This document shows positions 29,982 through 32,173 of a stretch of DNA of 32,173 nt, one piece after another. A program made the translations under genes and the position numbers. The first letter of the stretch is position 1. Every line of letters begins with the position of its first letter. This DNA is from Gammaproteobacteria bacterium. Its GTDB lineage: Bacteria; Pseudomonadota; Gammaproteobacteria; Xanthomonadales; Marinicellaceae. A model generated the notes under the pieces. That model worked only from the letters and a program-made list of their open reading frames with translations. It was not told where the DNA came from and searched no databases. The stretch lies in the NCBI GenBank assembly GCA_030426065.1, contig JAUHZH010000001.1, forward strand, positions 1 through 32,173. Reading direction: 5' to 3'.

Positions 29982-30009
29982 ATTTTAGTTTATATATTTT
30001 AGATTGCAA
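29982..30009 (-). promoter_or_regulatory. Candidate sigma70 promoter upstream of the tRNA-Ser array
   Basis: TTGCAA-16 nt-TAAAAT followed by AAGCGCCC discriminator. Confidence 0.55.
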
Positions 30010-30025
30010 CAGCAATTTTAGACAA

Positions 30026-30241
30026 TTATTGATTGCCGACGTTGTCTTCATCTACAACCGCTTGAGGATCGTCATCTTGTTCGTTTTTGATGCGTTCGTA
30101 AATTTCTTCTCGATGAACTGCAATTTCTTTAGGTGCGTTAATTCCAATTCGTACTTGATTACCTTTGATGCCTAACACGGTCACTGTGACATCGTCACCA
30201 ATCATCAATGTTTCGCCAACTCTTCTTGTCAATATCAACAT
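30026..30241 (-). CDS. csrA: Carbon storage regulator CsrA
   Basis: [41 protein letters not shown]; TAAGGAG RBS. Confidence 0.98.
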   Translation of the reverse strand: MLILTRRVGETLMIGDDVTVTVLGIKGNQVRIGINAPKEIAVHREEIYERIKNEQDDDPQAVVDEDNVGNQ

Positions 30242-30402
30242 TTTTTATTACTCCTTATTTCTAAATTGCCCTACGGGGTAAGAGCGTTTCCCAAAAGCTT
30301 TTTAATTATTATATCGCTTTTTTGATACCCTTGCATTATTTCAAGCAAAAGCCTCAGTATGTAAATTAGACTATATTTCAATTCAAATGAGAAGACCTAT
30401 TT

Positions 30403-32173
30403 TCAAATATTGTCTTTCAACGTTTGTATAGACGATTCAATGGCGTTTGTTAACTGTGCTTGATCAGCTTCACCACCACCTTGGGCAAAATCAGGTCTGC
30501 CACCACCTCTACCACCAACTTTCTCCAGGATGGATTTAATCAAATCCCCAGCTTTTATTTGCTGACAACTGCCTTTGGTGACGCCAACCAGTACTTGTGC
30601 CTTATTCCCTGACACATTACCAAACACCACCACGCCTTTCTCATATTTACCTTTAAAGCCATCAACAAAATCGCGTAATACAGCCGTGTCTGTGTCTTCA
30701 AAAACATGCGTTAAGAAGTGTACGCCTTGATGTTCAACAACTTGTTGGTAAACATCACTGGCTGATGCGGCGGCTTGTGCTTTGTTCAGTTGTTCAATCT
30801 GCTTTTGTAATTGCTTGTTTTGTTCAAGAACTTTAACTATCGCTTCTCCAATACCGTCAAAGGGCGCATTGAGTTTGCTGGCTATTTGTCGGGTTAATTG
30901 TTCTTGCTGTTGTACCCAATCAATCGCTGCTTCGCCGGTGATGGCCTCTAGTCTTCTGATACCCGATGCAACTGAAGTTTCCAGGGTTATTTTGAATAGC
31001 CCGATTTCACCGGTAGAATGCACATGCGTACCACCACAGAGCTCAACAGAGAAACCGCCAAAGTCCATTACTCGGACCTGATCGCCATATTTTTCACCAA
31101 ACAAAGCCATGGCGCCATAAGTAATGGCGTCGTCATAACTCATGAGTTGGTCTTTGGCACTGAAGTCCTCACGGATTGCCTTATTAACCAGTTTTTCCAC
31201 TTCTGCCAATTGTTCCTGACTGATGGGTTGATTGTGGGAAAAATCAAAACGTAGCTTTTCGGCATTAACCAAAGAACCTTTTTGTTGCACATGGGTACCC
31301 AACACATCACGCAACACTTTGTGCAATAAATGTGTTGCCGAATGGTTCAAAATCACTTTTTGACGATAATTGTCATCAATTTGCGCATTGACCTTCTGAT
31401 TGGATTGCAACTCACCGTCAATCACTTTGACATGGTGCAAATGAAATTGACCGGCTGCTTTCTGTGTATCAAAAACTTCTGCTTTAAAAAAACCAGCAGA
31501 TAATGTGCCAACATCACCCACTTGGCCACCAGATTCTGCATAGAAAGGTGTTTCATTCAAAATCACCACCGCTTCATCACCGGCTTGTATGGAATCAACT
31601 GGTTTACCGTCTTTCAACAACATCATCACTTTGGCTTGACCTTCATGTTGTTGATAACCATTGAACACAGTTGGTGCCAAATCCTTGATGATATCGGTTG
31701 AGATCTGATTGCTTTGGGTAAACTGTTTGTTTGATCTTGATCGGTCTTTTTGCGCTTCCATACAAGCATCAAAAGCCGCCACATCAACAGCACGACCATC
31801 TTCACGGGCCACATCCTGCGTTAAATCCAGTGGAAAACCAAAGGTGTCATAAAGTTTGAAAGCCAAATCACCTGGAATTTCTGCCTGCTCACCCAGTCCT
31901 CTGGTGGCTTTTTGATACTCTTGCAGACCAATATCCAGAGTTTCCGCAAATTTGCGTTCTTCTTCTTGTAACGCGGATTCTATGGCTGTCTTTTGTTCCA
32001 CCAGTTCAGGGTAATCTTCACCCATAACATCTATCAATGGCGCCACCATTCGATGAAAGAATAAATCTTTGGCTCCCAACTTATTGCCATGCCTGGCAGC
32101 ACGTCTGATGATTCTTCGTAATACATAGCCTCTGCCCTCATTCGACGGCAACACACCATCAGCAATCAAAAAA
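30403..32173 (-). CDS. alaS: Alanine--tRNA ligase (5' truncated by window edge)
   Basis: PSNEGRGYVLRRIIRRA, LYDTFGFP, TPFYAESGGQVGD, NHSATHL, ELCGGTHV and GGGRPDFAQGG motifs. Confidence 0.98.
   Translation of the reverse strand, partial: FLIADGVLPSNEGRGYVLRRIIRRAARHGNKLGAKDLFFHRMVAPLIDVMGEDYPELVEQKTAIESALQEEERKFAETLDIGLQEYQKATRGLGEQAEIPGDLAFKLYDTFGFPLDLTQDVAREDGRAVDVAAFDACMEAQKDRSRSNKQFTQSNQISTDIIKDLAPTVFNGYQQHEGQAKVMMLLKDGKPVDSIQAGDEAVVILNETPFYAESGGQVGDVGTLSAGFFKAEVFDTQKAAGQFHLHHVKVIDGELQSNQKVNAQIDDNYRQKVILNHSATHLLHKVLRDVLGTHVQQKGSLVNAEKLRFDFSHNQPISQEQLAEVEKLVNKAIREDFSAKDQLMSYDDAITYGAMALFGEKYGDQVRVMDFGGFSVELCGGTHVHSTGEIGLFKITLETSVASGIRRLEAITGEAAIDWVQQQEQLTRQIASKLNAPFDGIGEAIVKVLEQNKQLQKQIEQLNKAQAAASASDVYQQVVEHQGVHFLTHVFEDTDTAVLRDFVDGFKGKYEKGVVVFGNVSGNKAQVLVGVTKGSCQQIKAGDLIKSILEKVGGRGGGRPDFAQGGGEADQAQLTNAIESSIQTLKDNI

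Noticed and set aside
30268-30278. CCC-TAC-GGG mini-hairpin in the csrA leader resembling the element's inner hairpin
   Set aside because: Single 3-bp stem with none of the other three hairpins; could be chance.

Overview
This is a core-genome segment of a gammaproteobacterium; gene order resembles Xanthomonadales/Marinicella-type marine lineages (inference). Left to right it holds the leuA(3' end)-leuC-leuD-leuB operon (+); a convergent, tightly coupled DUF4398-like/OmpA/cbs/cystathionine gamma-lyase/hemH operon (-); a lytic transglycosylase; guaB-guaA-tadA; xseA; yigZ; corC followed by a DUF4105 (Lnb-like) gene; a YdjI/YdjG-like SPFH plus zinc-ribbon pair; a GNAT; tig-clpP-clpX-lon-hupB-tRNA(Val,Asp)-ppiD, with tig frameshifted in an A7 run; a tRNA cluster (Ser, Arg, Pro, Arg, His, Leu); csrA; and partial alaS. 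The standout is 29.16-29.87 kb. The intact tRNA-Ser(GCT) is surrounded by three partial or degenerate copies of itself, carrying four copies of a 69-70 bp element made of four abutting hairpins. The element sits at exactly two sites (T-loop and 3' edge of the D-loop). Its stems covary, its inner loops are all C(GNA)G and its outer loops contain GGA on the tRNA-sense strand. No transposase or integrase is in the window. Coordinates were counted by hand and no database searches were run.
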